From the IMG/VR virus record IMGVR_UViG_2910441116_000002, positions 1-64,000 of that record: 64,000 nt of DNA; one strand, 5' to 3'. The notes under the pieces are model-generated. The model ran no database searches. It saw nothing but the letters and a program-made list of their open reading frames with translations, and was not told the origin of the DNA. The DNA comes from a virus (lineage: Duplodnaviria; Caudoviricetes). The number at the start of each line of letters is the position of its first letter. The first letter of the stretch is position 1. The position numbers and the translations under genes were made by a program. This document shows, piece by piece, positions 54,838-64,000 of this stretch.

Positions 54838-55368
54838 CTAACTTTGCGGAATTCCTTCCAAGTAACCTTCGCGTATCAACCACGCCAATCCAATCGCAGC
54901 CGCGTCGCTTTCATCGTCGTAAGCAAATTCCCCGCTAAAGCCCGTAAGCTCCCGAACAGCCGCCTCAACCTCCGCCTTTTCTGCGCGCCCTTTTCCGACG
55001 ACGAGCTTTTTTACGGATTGCTGCGGAATAGGCTTCGCGGTGTCTGCGAGTGAAAAATCGAACATTGCCCGATCTATTCCGGCGTGGGCGGTGAATATCG
55101 AGTGGTTGCCGAATTTGCCGGAATATTTTTCGCGGAGGATTACGGAATACGGTCGAGACGGCGTTTGGTTGTCCGCGATGAATAAGTGCGCCCAAGCCTC
55201 GATCGTTTTGCCGCGAACGGCGTACGGCTGTTTGGCGTCGGTGCGGACGTGAGAAAGGGCAATTATCTTCGCCGTGCCGTTCTTGTATTCGAGGACTGCG
55301 GCGCCCGGACGCGAAAGCGAGATATCGAACGTGAGTATACGGATAGTCGGCGCCTTAGTTTCCGGCAT
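54838..55368 (-). CDS. RuvC-like Holliday junction resolvase
   Basis: ILTFDIS..PG, VILRE, VKK.V.GKGRAEK, DESDA.AI. Confidence 0.88.
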   Translation of the reverse strand: MPETKAPTIRILTFDISLSRPGAAVLEYKNGTAKIIALSHVRTDAKQPYAVRGKTIEAWAHLFIADNQTPSRPYSVILREKYSGKFGNHSIFTAHAGIDRAMFDFSLADTAKPIPQQSVKKLVVGKGRAEKAEVEAAVRELTGFSGEFAYDDESDAAAIGLAWLIREGYLEGIPQS

Positions 55369-55537
55369 TGCTTGAGTCCCTTCCGAGTATTAAGGCGGAC
55401 ATTGTGTGGTCCGATTGTTGGTATTGAATTTCGCAAATAATCCCCTTTGACTGGAGACTATCTACATATTCCGTTAAATCCGCATGGAATTTATCAGGAT
55501 CAGATTGCGTAATGTGTCCGATAGTTTTTATCATCAC
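55355..55537 (-). CDS. Hypothetical protein
   Basis: RBS GGAGGCGG; overlaps neighbours. Confidence 0.5.
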   Translation of the reverse strand: MMIKTIGHITQSDPDKFHADLTEYVDSLQSKGIICEIQYQQSDHTMSALILGRDSSNAGN

Positions 55538-56592
55538 TCCGCCTCCTCACGTAATTGTTCGATCTGCTCAACCGCGTCAACTATCTGCGCCTTTTTGAAG
55601 CCGGGCATGTTCGACTTAAGTGCCGCCTTTTTCTTACGTTGTAACTCCGCTAGTTCATCGTCGGAAAGAGACGTCGCGCACGCCTGCTTGAAGTTGTTGA
55701 ACGTCCAATTGTCGAGGTCTAACGGTAATGGGTCGTTCGCGTCAATCGACGTCTGCACCTTCGTAAAGTAGTCGAATAGCTCGCGTTTATCAGCCTCCGT
55801 AATATTCACGCCAAACGCCCGGATGTCCGGATTCTTTGCGTAGGTGTCATCGTCGTAAACCCACGTCTTTTTCGCGGCGTTGACGTATAGGATGATGAAT
55901 TTTGACACGTTATACATTTCCGCATAAGCTACGCATTGTTTGACGTGCTTCTCCTCCGGTTGGCGCATCGAATAATGGGACGTCTTAGCTGCGGAGGTCT
56001 GCTTCGACTTTATCTCGAGGCCGACGCGTAAAAGCTCGCCTGTTTCCGGATCGGCGTACTCGAGGATTCCGTCGCATGTTCCGTATAGATAGAAGGATTT
56101 GCCGTTATGCTCGACGCGGTGATTCTTTTTGGCGAAGTCCTCAAATTGCGGAAATCCTTCCGGCGTCCGTTCAAACTTAAACGGCGTCGGCTTTCCGCGC
56201 TTCTTTTCGTAGTTTCTCTCCATTGCGAGTATATCCCGCTGAATCACGCTGCCGATTGCCGTCCCGATCGCCGCCCATCGCGTTTGGTGCGGCTGCTTAT
56301 CGAAATTGTCCTTCTTCGCGCGCTTGGCTTTCATATAAAGCATACGCGGACAGGCGTTGGCGCTCGACGGAGAAAAGTACGGGCGTTTCGGAAATAGCTT
56401 CGGGGCGTTCGCGTACCACCGGTTAATCTGCGTGTCGAGTTCGTTGTCCCAGACTTCGCTAAGCGCGTGAAAGTCGTCGAGGTAATCAAGGAATACGTCC
56501 GCAATTTCTTGGGCTTTACTGTTATTAATTTCATCAATTCCAGTTTGAAGTGTGTTTACAGCTGATTCTTCTTCTCGTTTTTTATTCGTCAA
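55534..56592 (-). CDS. PD-(D/E)xK exonuclease (Cas4/RecB-like)
   Basis: FSPS..CPR, GT..., GTCDG, LEIKS, Q..AY. Confidence 0.8.
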   Translation of the reverse strand: MTNKKREEESAVNTLQTGIDEINNSKAQEIADVFLDYLDDFHALSEVWDNELDTQINRWYANAPKLFPKRPYFSPSSANACPRMLYMKAKRAKKDNFDKQPHQTRWAAIGTAIGSVIQRDILAMERNYEKKRGKPTPFKFERTPEGFPQFEDFAKKNHRVEHNGKSFYLYGTCDGILEYADPETGELLRVGLEIKSKQTSAAKTSHYSMRQPEEKHVKQCVAYAEMYNVSKFIILYVNAAKKTWVYDDDTYAKNPDIRAFGVNITEADKRELFDYFTKVQTSIDANDPLPLDLDNWTFNNFKQACATSLSDDELAELQRKKKAALKSNMPGFKKAQIVDAVEQIEQLREEAE

Positions 56593-57078
56593 TTAATCGT
56601 CTCCTTTTATCTCGTTTTTGAACGCGAACTCTCCGTACAACTCTTCTGCTTTCTGGTTATAGGCGCTTGCTGCTTCTTCTCTGTTTTCAAAACAACCTAT
56701 AATAATCTCTTTTCCGTTTTTATATATTCTCGACCGCCATTTCTGACCACATCGGCTGACTCCTTTGTAACCAGATGTGTTGTTTGTTTTAACTCCGGTG
56801 TTGAACATGTTTTTACTTCTGTCTGTAAATCTGAGGTTTTTCTTTCGGTTATCTAACCCGCTCCTGTTTACGTGGTCTACTTCTGTGTTTTCCTTGGCTT
56901 TCATAATCTCTCGGTGCATATAAACTTTTTTATACTGTCTGTATCCTACCTTCTTCCGTCTGCAAACGTATCCGCACCCAGTGTCCTCGAAGTACCAGCT
57001 ATTTTCGTTTAACCAATCAAAATCCTCATCGTCCACTAAGGTAAACTTTCCTTTAGTTAACGGTAGTCTTTTTGTCAT
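56593..57078 (-). CDS. Free-standing HNH-AP2 homing endonuclease
   Basis: LVDDED, MHREIM, VDHVN..LDNRK.NL, SGYKGV, EEAA.AY; AT-rich; overlaps pol 3' end. Confidence 0.9.
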   Translation of the reverse strand: MTKRLPLTKGKFTLVDDEDFDWLNENSWYFEDTGCGYVCRRKKVGYRQYKKVYMHREIMKAKENTEVDHVNRSGLDNRKKNLRFTDRSKNMFNTGVKTNNTSGYKGVSRCGQKWRSRIYKNGKEIIIGCFENREEAASAYNQKAEELYGEFAFKNEIKGDD

Positions 57079-59212
57079 TGAACCACTCCTCTATGCTTAT
57101 ACCTACGCCCCATCTACGGTAGAACTCGAGGTCTGTGGCGTTCGGTATATTGCCGAAAATGTACGTATTTACCATGACGTCCTCGAACTCTTTTACGTCC
57201 TGCCTCGTAATAGTCTCCGGAACTAGGACTAATGCCTCATCATGGACAACGCAGTAAAGACGCCATTCTCCGTTACCTTCCGCAGTTTTCCGGTCACATA
57301 ACGATTGAAGCTCGTTCATCGTCACCTTCGTCTGAATCGCCGCGGAGCCTTGTACTCGGGCGTTGGTTGATTGCGTAAATACGGCGGAGTAATGTCCGTT
57401 TGCGCTCCGATCCTTTGCGTCAGGCAGGCGGCGTTTCCGTTGATTACGATCCATCCATACGTAGCCGTGCTTTTTTACGTACTTCTGATTTTCCTCGACC
57501 CATTGCTTAACGACAGGGAAACGTTCGAAAAAGTTATCGAGGAATTTTTGCGCCTCTTTCTTGTCGATTCCGATAGCGTCCTTAAGCATGTTTGGCCCTC
57601 CGCCGTAAGCTACCGCAAGCATGATTACCTTCGCCTGACTTCGATAGGTTGTTCCGTCTCCGCACTCCTCGATCGGTTTCTCGAATACTTCCGAGGCGAT
57701 GGACGCGTAAAGGTCGTGGCCTTTTTCGTAATTTTCGACTAGCTTCGGGTCTTGCGAGAAGTACGCTAGACAACGGTATTCTTGTTGCGACCAATCTCCG
57801 CCGAGTATTACGTAACCTTTTGGCGCCGTGAATAGTTTACGTGCTTTCTTAGGTTGATTTTGAAGATTGACACCTGATCCTCCGGAAGAAAAGCGCCCTG
57901 TCTTGGCGCCGTTCTGATTAAAGTTTGTATATAACTTACCGGTACGCTCATCGACTAACTCAGGAAGCGCGTTTATATACGTTGAGTAAAGTTTGAAGTT
58001 ATCTTTATAGTCGAGTAGTTTAGCTATTACGGAATGTTTTTTCTTTAACGGCTTAAGGACTTTCTTAGCGTCCGTTGATTCGAGTGTTTCGCCCGTTGCC
58101 GCCTCTAGCGCAGGTTTAAGTTGAGCCGGAGAGTTGAGGTTAATGTCGCCTAACTCGTCAATCAACTCCGCGTATAACCGATCAATCTCCGCTTTGATTT
58201 CCGCCCCGTATTCCTTCGCGTATTCCAGGTCGATGTCGAATCCGGTCATTTCCATTTGCGCCACCGTATGAATTAGCGGAACTTCGACGGAGGTGTAATA
58301 TTCGAGAATATCCGGAAACCTCGCTAAATGCTCCCGTTGGAAGTCTCGTAGTTTCCTAGTTACGTCACCGTCTTTCGCCGCATATGCAAGCGCCACTTGT
58401 AAATCGTCCACTTCGTCAAATCCCGTATTTTTTCCGAAAAGCTCATCGTACTTTTCCGATTGTATATCGAGGTATTTCGTAACCAACGGCTTAAGCGCAA
58501 AGGACGGCTCATTCTCGTTAAGCATCCGCATAGCTTCCTGCGTATCCCACGTTAAACCTCGTAAATCAACGCCGTCTCGGTCGAGCATGTGTATATCGTA
58601 CTTGGCATTGTGGGCGAGCTTCCCTAGCGATGGATTCTCGTAATACGGCTTAAGCGTTTTAACCACGTACTCATTATCGAGCTGCGGATGATCCGTTTTG
58701 TGCTTCGTAGGAATGTACGCATGAATGTCCGCCTGTATAGCCGTGATTACGTGGCCGACTATTCTATCGCGCCATACGTTAACACCCGTCGTTTCTACGT
58801 CGAATACGATTTCTTTTTCGTCGTCCAATATATGAGTTAGTTCGGTCAGGCTCGCTTCGTCCGTAACTAGCCAGTAGTTGTCCGGAACTGATTCCGCCAT
58901 ATCACGCAGGCGTTCTTCGCGTTTTTGTTCGGCCAGGTACTTGTATAAACGGAGTGCTTCGGCAGCCGAGAACTTCCCTTTCGCGCCATCCTCACGCCCG
59001 AGCTCTCCGGAAAACATCGCCTGCTTCACCGCGTCCATTTTCGCCTGGTTGTTCGCGTAAGACTTCGATCGCATAATTCTGCCCCACGCCTCTTCCAACG
59101 GCTCCGCGTTAGCTTCCTGCGCGTCAGCCTGCCGTTTTCGGGCGTCGGCTACTTTCGCTTCCGCCTCGTTATTTTCCGTCTGCTCGCCCGCTAAGTTCAA
59201 CCGTAATTGCAT
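57053..59212 (-). CDS. polA: Family A DNA polymerase with 3'-5' exonuclease
   Basis: FDVETTG, HNAKYD, TGRFSS, NLQN, DWSQQEYR, R..AK...YG, VHDE. Confidence 0.95.
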   Translation of the reverse strand: MQLRLNLAGEQTENNEAEAKVADARKRQADAQEANAEPLEEAWGRIMRSKSYANNQAKMDAVKQAMFSGELGREDGAKGKFSAAEALRLYKYLAEQKREERLRDMAESVPDNYWLVTDEASLTELTHILDDEKEIVFDVETTGVNVWRDRIVGHVITAIQADIHAYIPTKHKTDHPQLDNEYVVKTLKPYYENPSLGKLAHNAKYDIHMLDRDGVDLRGLTWDTQEAMRMLNENEPSFALKPLVTKYLDIQSEKYDELFGKNTGFDEVDDLQVALAYAAKDGDVTRKLRDFQREHLARFPDILEYYTSVEVPLIHTVAQMEMTGFDIDLEYAKEYGAEIKAEIDRLYAELIDELGDINLNSPAQLKPALEAATGETLESTDAKKVLKPLKKKHSVIAKLLDYKDNFKLYSTYINALPELVDERTGKLYTNFNQNGAKTGRFSSGGSGVNLQNQPKKARKLFTAPKGYVILGGDWSQQEYRCLAYFSQDPKLVENYEKGHDLYASIASEVFEKPIEECGDGTTYRSQAKVIMLAVAYGGGPNMLKDAIGIDKKEAQKFLDNFFERFPVVKQWVEENQKYVKKHGYVWMDRNQRKRRLPDAKDRSANGHYSAVFTQSTNARVQGSAAIQTKVTMNELQSLCDRKTAEGNGEWRLYCVVHDEALVLVPETITRQDVKEFEDVMVNTYIFGNIPNATDLEFYRRWGVGISIEEWFNDKKTTVN

Positions 59213-59256
59213 ATTCCCGCGCCACCTCCTTCCGTTCCTTTGGCGTTGTTAATACG

Positions 59257-59991
59257 TTAGTTATCGAGGCGATTTTCTACGAATACGACCGGAACACACC
59301 AGCTCGGCTCTCCGTGATATCCGTCGAAGTGGAAATCTCCGTCCGACATAACCTCGCCTACAATTGCGGTATCTCCTTCGCCGTATTCAGATCCGGTTGA
59401 CTCCGTAAATCTAACGACATCCCCTTCGCGATATTCGTCGACCTTGCGTCCGGCGTCCGTGAATATCTTTTCGCGTCGGTGCTCCGCCGCTTTCCGTTTA
59501 GCTTCCGCGACTTCTTCGTCGGTTGCTGGCGTTAAGTCTCCGGCGTGGAACAACTCGTCTTCGCTATCGTCCAGGAGGTAGCATCGGAAATCATACGCCC
59601 TCCCGGCATTTTTCGTGACTTTGACGATATCTCCTTTTCGTAACTTTTCCGTTTCTTCCGTAATAACCTTCGCATAATCTCCGGGTTTCAACTCCGGCTG
59701 CCTATCCTTTCCCACGATAACCTCGTATTCCTTGAAGTCGATGAATTCCGGCTGTTCCGCTACGTGTACGTCATTTCTTGCGCAAGCATGCGTCTCTGTT
59801 ACGGTTAATACATCGCCGTCTTCATGCGTCTGACCGTCGATCCGATCAGCTTTCGTAATCAGAATACGTTCGCCCACTTTCGCCGGACGTTTCTCCGTTT
59901 TGTATTCCGATTGCTCAAACTCGAACCCCATTTCGCGCAACTCCTCGACTGATCCTTCGATTGTAATTCCGTCCTGCGTAATTTTCGCCAT
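59257..59991 (-). CDS. Hypothetical protein with SH3-like repeats
   Basis: Repeated VGE/PGD/EGD + V.I strand units. Confidence 0.65.
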   Translation of the reverse strand: MAKITQDGITIEGSVEELREMGFEFEQSEYKTEKRPAKVGERILITKADRIDGQTHEDGDVLTVTETHACARNDVHVAEQPEFIDFKEYEVIVGKDRQPELKPGDYAKVITEETEKLRKGDIVKVTKNAGRAYDFRCYLLDDSEDELFHAGDLTPATDEEVAEAKRKAAEHRREKIFTDAGRKVDEYREGDVVRFTESTGSEYGEGDTAIVGEVMSDGDFHFDGYHGEPSWCVPVVFVENRLDN

Positions 59992-60204
59992 CTATAAATC
60001 GCTCCTTTTTCGTTTAATTTTCGCCCGCAACCGCCTTGTTAAAGTCCTCTCCCGCGCAAGTTATGCCGCAAGCCCAGGCGCCTGACTCCGCAAGCACCCA
60101 CGCCTCATGCCCGCTCAATATCTCGTCGCCGCAATTTACGCAAGTTGTGTACGTGGGCAACGCCGGAGGGTCGGTCGGCAGGCGGCGGGAGAACCGGTCT
60201 AGAC

Positions 60205-60654
60205 TCACGCGCTCACTTCCGTTGTAATACCGATCTTTTCGCGTAAGGAAGCCCGGTCGAGTCCGATTGGTAGCTCCGTCCACTTTTCCGTAGCTTCGTA
60301 CGTTTTGCTCCAATACTCCGCTTGGCTCGGATTGCTATTTTCGATGAGGAAAATACGCGGTGTTTCGCCATCGTCGACCAGCACTCCGATGTAATAATCC
60401 GAGGCGTTGTCGACCCCATACGCCTTTCCTTGTCCGTTCCGCGCATAAAGCACGTACCAGTCTCCGCCTTTATCGCGGCGTTTGAGCGTTTTAACCTGGA
60501 ATTTCTTATTAACGCCCGTTGCCGGATCATTGGCGGAAAGGTCGTAATATTCGTGCGTTTCCGGCTCCGATACGCCTTCCCAACCTCCGGCAATTAGCGC
60601 TGATTTTGCGATTAGCTGCGAGTAAATTCCGATTTTCTCCGTGTAGTATGCGAT
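60205..60654 (-). CDS. PD-(D/E)xK endonuclease (149 aa); requires non-canonical ATC start
   Basis: Frame of the 82-aa ORF stays open 67 codons further upstream, giving G..S..IA...L..G..VS.P....YDL...QVKT; SD GAGGGGAAG before ATC. Confidence 0.7.
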   Translation of the reverse strand: MAYYTEKIGIYSQLIAKSALIAGGWEGVSEPETHEYYDLSANDPATGVNKKFQVKTLKRRDKGGDWYVLYARNGQGKAYGVDNASDYYIGVLVDDGETPRIFLIENSNPSQAEYWSKTYEATEKWTELPIGLDRASLREKIGITTEVSA

Positions 60655-61046
60655 AATGATCTTCCCCTCTCCATGATTAAGCGAATTGCCAATCGTCTAG
60701 TGTTGCTCCTGATTCCGTTACCTCTTGTTCGCCGATTTCCATACATTCTTTGAGAGACGGAGATTCTACGAGAAAATGTCCGTTCTTTTCTCCATTACTC
60801 CAATAAAATTTAACGCGTACCATATTACTTCGCCCCTTTCCGTTTAACTCCGTAACCCCCGTAATATTCCGCGTAATTCTTCGGCTCCATTCCGTAATGG
60901 TACCTCGGTTGGAATGGCTCGCCGGCCTCGCGCGCTTCTTCGCGGCGTTGTCGGCGGGATTTCGTGAATATTTTGCGCATGTTATTCGTCCTCCTATTTC
61001 GGATAAGTTTCGTCAGTCGTACGGAATTGTCCGGAGGAGTATCCGA

Positions 61047-61850
61047 TTAAAAAGGATATTCCTCCGTGTCATCCGCACCTTCGCCAACTTCCTCGTTACT
61101 GCCCGTATTGTCGTCCGGGTCGTCGCCTTGTTTATCGGGTAGCACGTCTTTATTCACGTGGTCAGGGTGAGCATCACGCAAGATTTCGATGATGTCCGAT
61201 TCTTCACGGAAGTTTGCGAGTTCTTCATAGTCGATGTCCTCGTCCATGAACGGCTTTGCTTCCTCGATAACCTTGTCGTCTAGGTCGCCCATTTCGATCA
61301 TGAACGTTTTGTCGTCCTTTTTAATCGTGAATGCGTCGCCGATTAACGAGTATTCTTTGTTGAATTTCTTTGCGGATTTCTCGATAGAATCGTAACCTTT
61401 AAGGATGTTCATTACGTGAAACTCTTTCGTGTCAATTACGCGCCACGTTTTATACTCGGGGTCATATACCGGAATCATAAAGTAGAGAACACGTTTAGCT
61501 TCGGCTGCGTCCGAAATACATACCTTTGGATTCGGTTTCTCGTACTTAGCGAATAACTGCTCGGCTTCTTCGACCGTTTCCGGTGCTTTACGTGGTGAAT
61601 TAAGGCACGTATGTTTTTTGATGTAAAGCTCAAACGGTGAGAAATTCGATTTTTCGTGTACGTAATAAAAGAACCACAAATCAGGGTCGCGTAGCATTAC
61701 AAACGTTTTTCCTTCCGGGCCTAGCTCGCTGCCTTGTCCGCCTAGTCTTACGTATCTCGTAACGCCGTCCGGCAAATCCCCGTTAATTCCTCCGTTTGCT
61801 GCCTGATCGCGCTTTTCCTCACGTTTTTTCAAGTTGTCGCGTAGTCCCAT
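61047..61850 (-). CDS. Putative single-stranded DNA-binding protein
   Basis: YYVH..HTCL..C, acidic tail ending YPF; upstream of pol. Confidence 0.65.
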   Translation of the reverse strand: MGLRDNLKKREEKRDQAANGGINGDLPDGVTRYVRLGGQGSELGPEGKTFVMLRDPDLWFFYYVHEKSNFSPFELYIKKHTCLNSPRKAPETVEEAEQLFAKYEKPNPKVCISDAAEAKRVLYFMIPVYDPEYKTWRVIDTKEFHVMNILKGYDSIEKSAKKFNKEYSLIGDAFTIKKDDKTFMIEMGDLDDKVIEEAKPFMDEDIDYEELANFREESDIIEILRDAHPDHVNKDVLPDKQGDDPDDNTGSNEEVGEGADDTEEYPF

Positions 61851-62092
61851 TCAATCGTCTCCTTTTCGTTGTTTTATTTGTTGGGTAATGAAATCTAGCG
61901 TTAGTAAATCGGAGAAGGTACGGAATTATCTCCCGTAATCACTTCGTATTCACTAACGACCTCTTCATCCGACATTTTTGCAATCATACCCACCGGATAA
62001 TTGGCGTTCAATAGAAACGCGCGCAAATTCTTTACGTTCTCCATTCAATCGTCCCCTTTCGGCTTTCGCCTGCGTTTAATTTTCGGAGGATG

Positions 62093-62290
62093 CTTCCGGC
62101 AAGGTTGCGACCCTAGCGCCGGAAGGCTTACGTCACTCCCGAGAAGCCTCCGCCCTACTTTCCTACGCTCACGAGGTACGATTTACGCGTGCCGGCGTCG
62201 CGACCTCGGCGAATATGTTGCGTAGGCGTCCGGGCTAGCCCCGAACCTTCAGGCGAAGACCTCTCGGGAATGGGCGGGGTAATCCCCGCC
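62093..62290 (-). ncRNA. Candidate structured RNA (~200 nt), family unknown
   Basis: 21-bp closing helix with four G-U pairs valid only on minus strand, enclosed three-way junction, flanking hairpins. Confidence 0.6.
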
Positions 62291-62328
62291 GGTTATTCCG
62301 TTTTATAAAACCCGCGCAACCCGTTCGC

Positions 62329-62877
62329 TTATAGCACTCTAGCGAACCCCCGCGCTCTTACGACGTGCTCCCGCTGAGCCTCCGTCTTTTCTTCGGGCAA
62401 ATCGGACAACCGCGCTTCCAACGCTTTTATCCGCGCCTGTACTACGATTTTTCTTTCCGGATTTCGTACGCGTTTAAGCTGCGCCTTTCGGTCGGCTAAT
62501 TCCCGCTCTATTTTCGCCCGTAGGACGTTGAGCTGCCGGAGTGTGCGGTTTTGTGTGCGCTCGCTTGCTACGATTTGATGGCGGGCGAATTGGCGTACAA
62601 GCTCGCGTGGTTTACCGGTCTCTTGCTGAGGATATACGCTAACAATCCGATCAACTTCCGGGTCGAGTATCAGCGTAATTTTATCTCGGGTAAACATGCG
62701 TAGCTTTCTGCCGTCTTCCTGCGTAATCCACGTAACAAATTCCGCATTCGCCATTTGTTTCCGGAACCATTTTTCCGCGTTGTTCGGAGCCACTTTAAAC
62801 CGTTCTTGTGCGCGTTGTCGGGCGTGCTTGGTTACGGTTAAGTTGCCGGGGTTTATCGTCGTGCCTACTCCGTTCAT
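62329..62877 (-). CDS. Hypothetical protein (TKHA..R..ER motif plus coiled coil)
   Basis: RBS AGGCGGTG; motif common in phage early proteins. Confidence 0.65.
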   Translation of the reverse strand: MNGVGTTINPGNLTVTKHARQRAQERFKVAPNNAEKWFRKQMANAEFVTWITQEDGRKLRMFTRDKITLILDPEVDRIVSVYPQQETGKPRELVRQFARHQIVASERTQNRTLRQLNVLRAKIERELADRKAQLKRVRNPERKIVVQARIKALEARLSDLPEEKTEAQREHVVRARGFARVL

Positions 62878-63093
62878 CCGACCCGCACCGCCTTTATAGA
62901 AAATCCGTAATAATCTGCCGGATCTTCGTCCTCGGCTAGTGCGCCGTTGTAGACAACCTCCGGGAACTTTTGCGTTAGCTCGTTGCGTTCGAATTCCGCC
63001 TCTAGTTGCGTTAAAGACTCCGTTAAACCTTCGTTCAAATTTCGGTTCATTTTAACTCCGCCTTTCCGGCTCGCGGTCGCCTCTTACGCCCGT

Positions 63094-63222
63094 TCACAGT
63101 ACGTGGAGAATAGCCGCTTGGAACAGGACTAACGTAATAGCCGCGAGCCATAGAATAATTTTATCGTTCAAATTTTCCGTCTTAATATCGAAATAGTTTG
63201 ATAATAATCGTATGATTTGCAT
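63094..63222 (-). CDS. Small membrane peptide (42 aa)
   Basis: RBS GGAGGT before ATG; hydrophobic C-terminus. Confidence 0.5.
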   Translation of the reverse strand: MQIIRLLSNYFDIKTENLNDKIILWLAAITLVLFQAAILHVL

Positions 63223-63314
63223 GTTACCTCCGCCTTTCCGAACGGGTGTTCCTGTTGTCCGGTTTACTGGTTTAGCGTAAAATATAAACGTAGAACAAGC
63301 TAGGCACTCGTATT

Positions 63315-63971
63315 TCAGCCGCACAGATAATCGCGGTATGAGTCGCCGAATTGACTGCTATCGTAATTTTTAGCGAGGTTGCGTAGCTTGCGCTTGATTC
63401 TACTGCGCTCAACCTTTACGACCTCCGCGATTGCCGTCGCGTTGAAGTCGCGTTTATAGGTTGTGTCGCTCAAGATTTCTCTTACTATTAACGCGGTGGA
63501 GGAATCTGCATTTCGTACGAGGGAGTCTAGCAGTTGCCGCTGCTCGGCTTCCTTTTTTATTACGTAATTTTCCGGTGGTGCTTCGGGTTCTGCATCCGTA
63601 TGTTGCTGGTGGATCCGGTCGAACGTTGCCGCGTCCGATTCGTCATCATTTCCGTATAGTAACGTTTCCTTATCACGTCGTTTCTTCGTCTTTCCAGCGA
63701 TGCGTTTTCGTCCGTTTACGAGTATGACCGAGAAGTACGGTTCGAAATCGCCTTTCTCCGGTTCGTACGACGCGATTGCTTCGAGGAGCTTATCGTCCTG
63801 TAACGCGGTTATTTCGAGCTCGTCCACGTTGAACGATCGGGCGAGTTGGTACTCCTTGCCGAAGTACTTTTCCGAGATAGTCTGATAGATTTCGTTGAAG
63901 TCCGAATCGCTTCGGCTCTCCTTGTACCTCATAACTAACTCATTTAATTGTTTGTGTTTACTCACGTTCAT
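63315..63971 (-). CDS. Phage sigma-70-like factor
   Basis: F.EIY, LLEAIASYEPEKGDF..Y (region 2), C-terminal HTH ATAIAEVVKVERSRIKRKL. Confidence 0.75.
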   Translation of the reverse strand: MNVSKHKQLNELVMRYKESRSDSDFNEIYQTISEKYFGKEYQLARSFNVDELEITALQDDKLLEAIASYEPEKGDFEPYFSVILVNGRKRIAGKTKKRRDKETLLYGNDDESDAATFDRIHQQHTDAEPEAPPENYVIKKEAEQRQLLDSLVRNADSSTALIVREILSDTTYKRDFNATAIAEVVKVERSRIKRKLRNLAKNYDSSQFGDSYRDYLCG

Positions 63972-64000
63972 TCCCCTTTCTGTTCTCTTAAAGTGTTATA

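Larger units (their letters stand above)
13819..64000 (-). mobile_element. Siphovirus-type prophage; right end (repressor/integrase expected) outside window
   Basis: Complete head, tail, lysis and packaging modules plus replication genes in canonical order; GC- and CpG-richer than left element. Confidence 0.95.

Noticed and set aside
56593-59212. Group I intron or intein in DNA polymerase (or in NrdJ)
   Set aside because: Both frames are continuous with all motifs and normal length; the HNH gene lies after the pol C-terminus
60014-60593. ORFs 60213-60593 and full-length 60014-60313
   Set aside because: They overlap the better-supported PD-(D/E)xK frame; only the Cys-containing 3' part of 60014-60313 may be a real small gene with an unclear start
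62155-62253. Hammerhead ribozyme (CTGAAGG and GAAA at the junction)
   Set aside because: Core is not CUGANGA and GAAA follows the wrong stem; topology does not match

Overview
The window contains no host housekeeping protein genes. It holds two mobile elements of a Bacillaceae-type Firmicute (inferred from gene families and sigmaA/SD signals; acidic proteins hint at a moderate halophile) that meet at one full-length tRNA-Leu(CAA) gene (13737-13818, minus strand). Left (1-13736, visibly AT-richer; far end outside the window) is a compact element with a tyrosine integrase at the tRNA 3' end, two cargo loci, an iteron origin, a double winged-HTH Rep, XRE regulators, a small-terminase-like HTH protein related to that of the neighbouring prophage, and an intact ~880-aa tape measure protein. 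No capsid, portal, large terminase or tail tube gene is recognisable in the visible part. The best reading is a phage satellite with an unusual TerS + TMP hijacking kit; a decayed prophage is not excluded. Right (13819-64000, GC-richer; continues past the window) is an apparently intact siphovirus prophage with an FtsK/relaxase/pilin-like module, lysis, tail, head, packaging, nucleotide metabolism (NrdJ, ThyX, dUTPase, PhoH) and replication genes (PolA, SSB, RuvC). Notable signals read from the sequence: a prophage-side promoter driving the tRNA, a ~200-nt structured RNA candidate, at least four genes with probable AUC/AUA starts, a Zn-finger-tailed portal, an internal start in the endolysin, and an identical 20-bp promoter block before two counter-oriented genes. 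All protein calls come from motif recognition by eye; no database searches were run.
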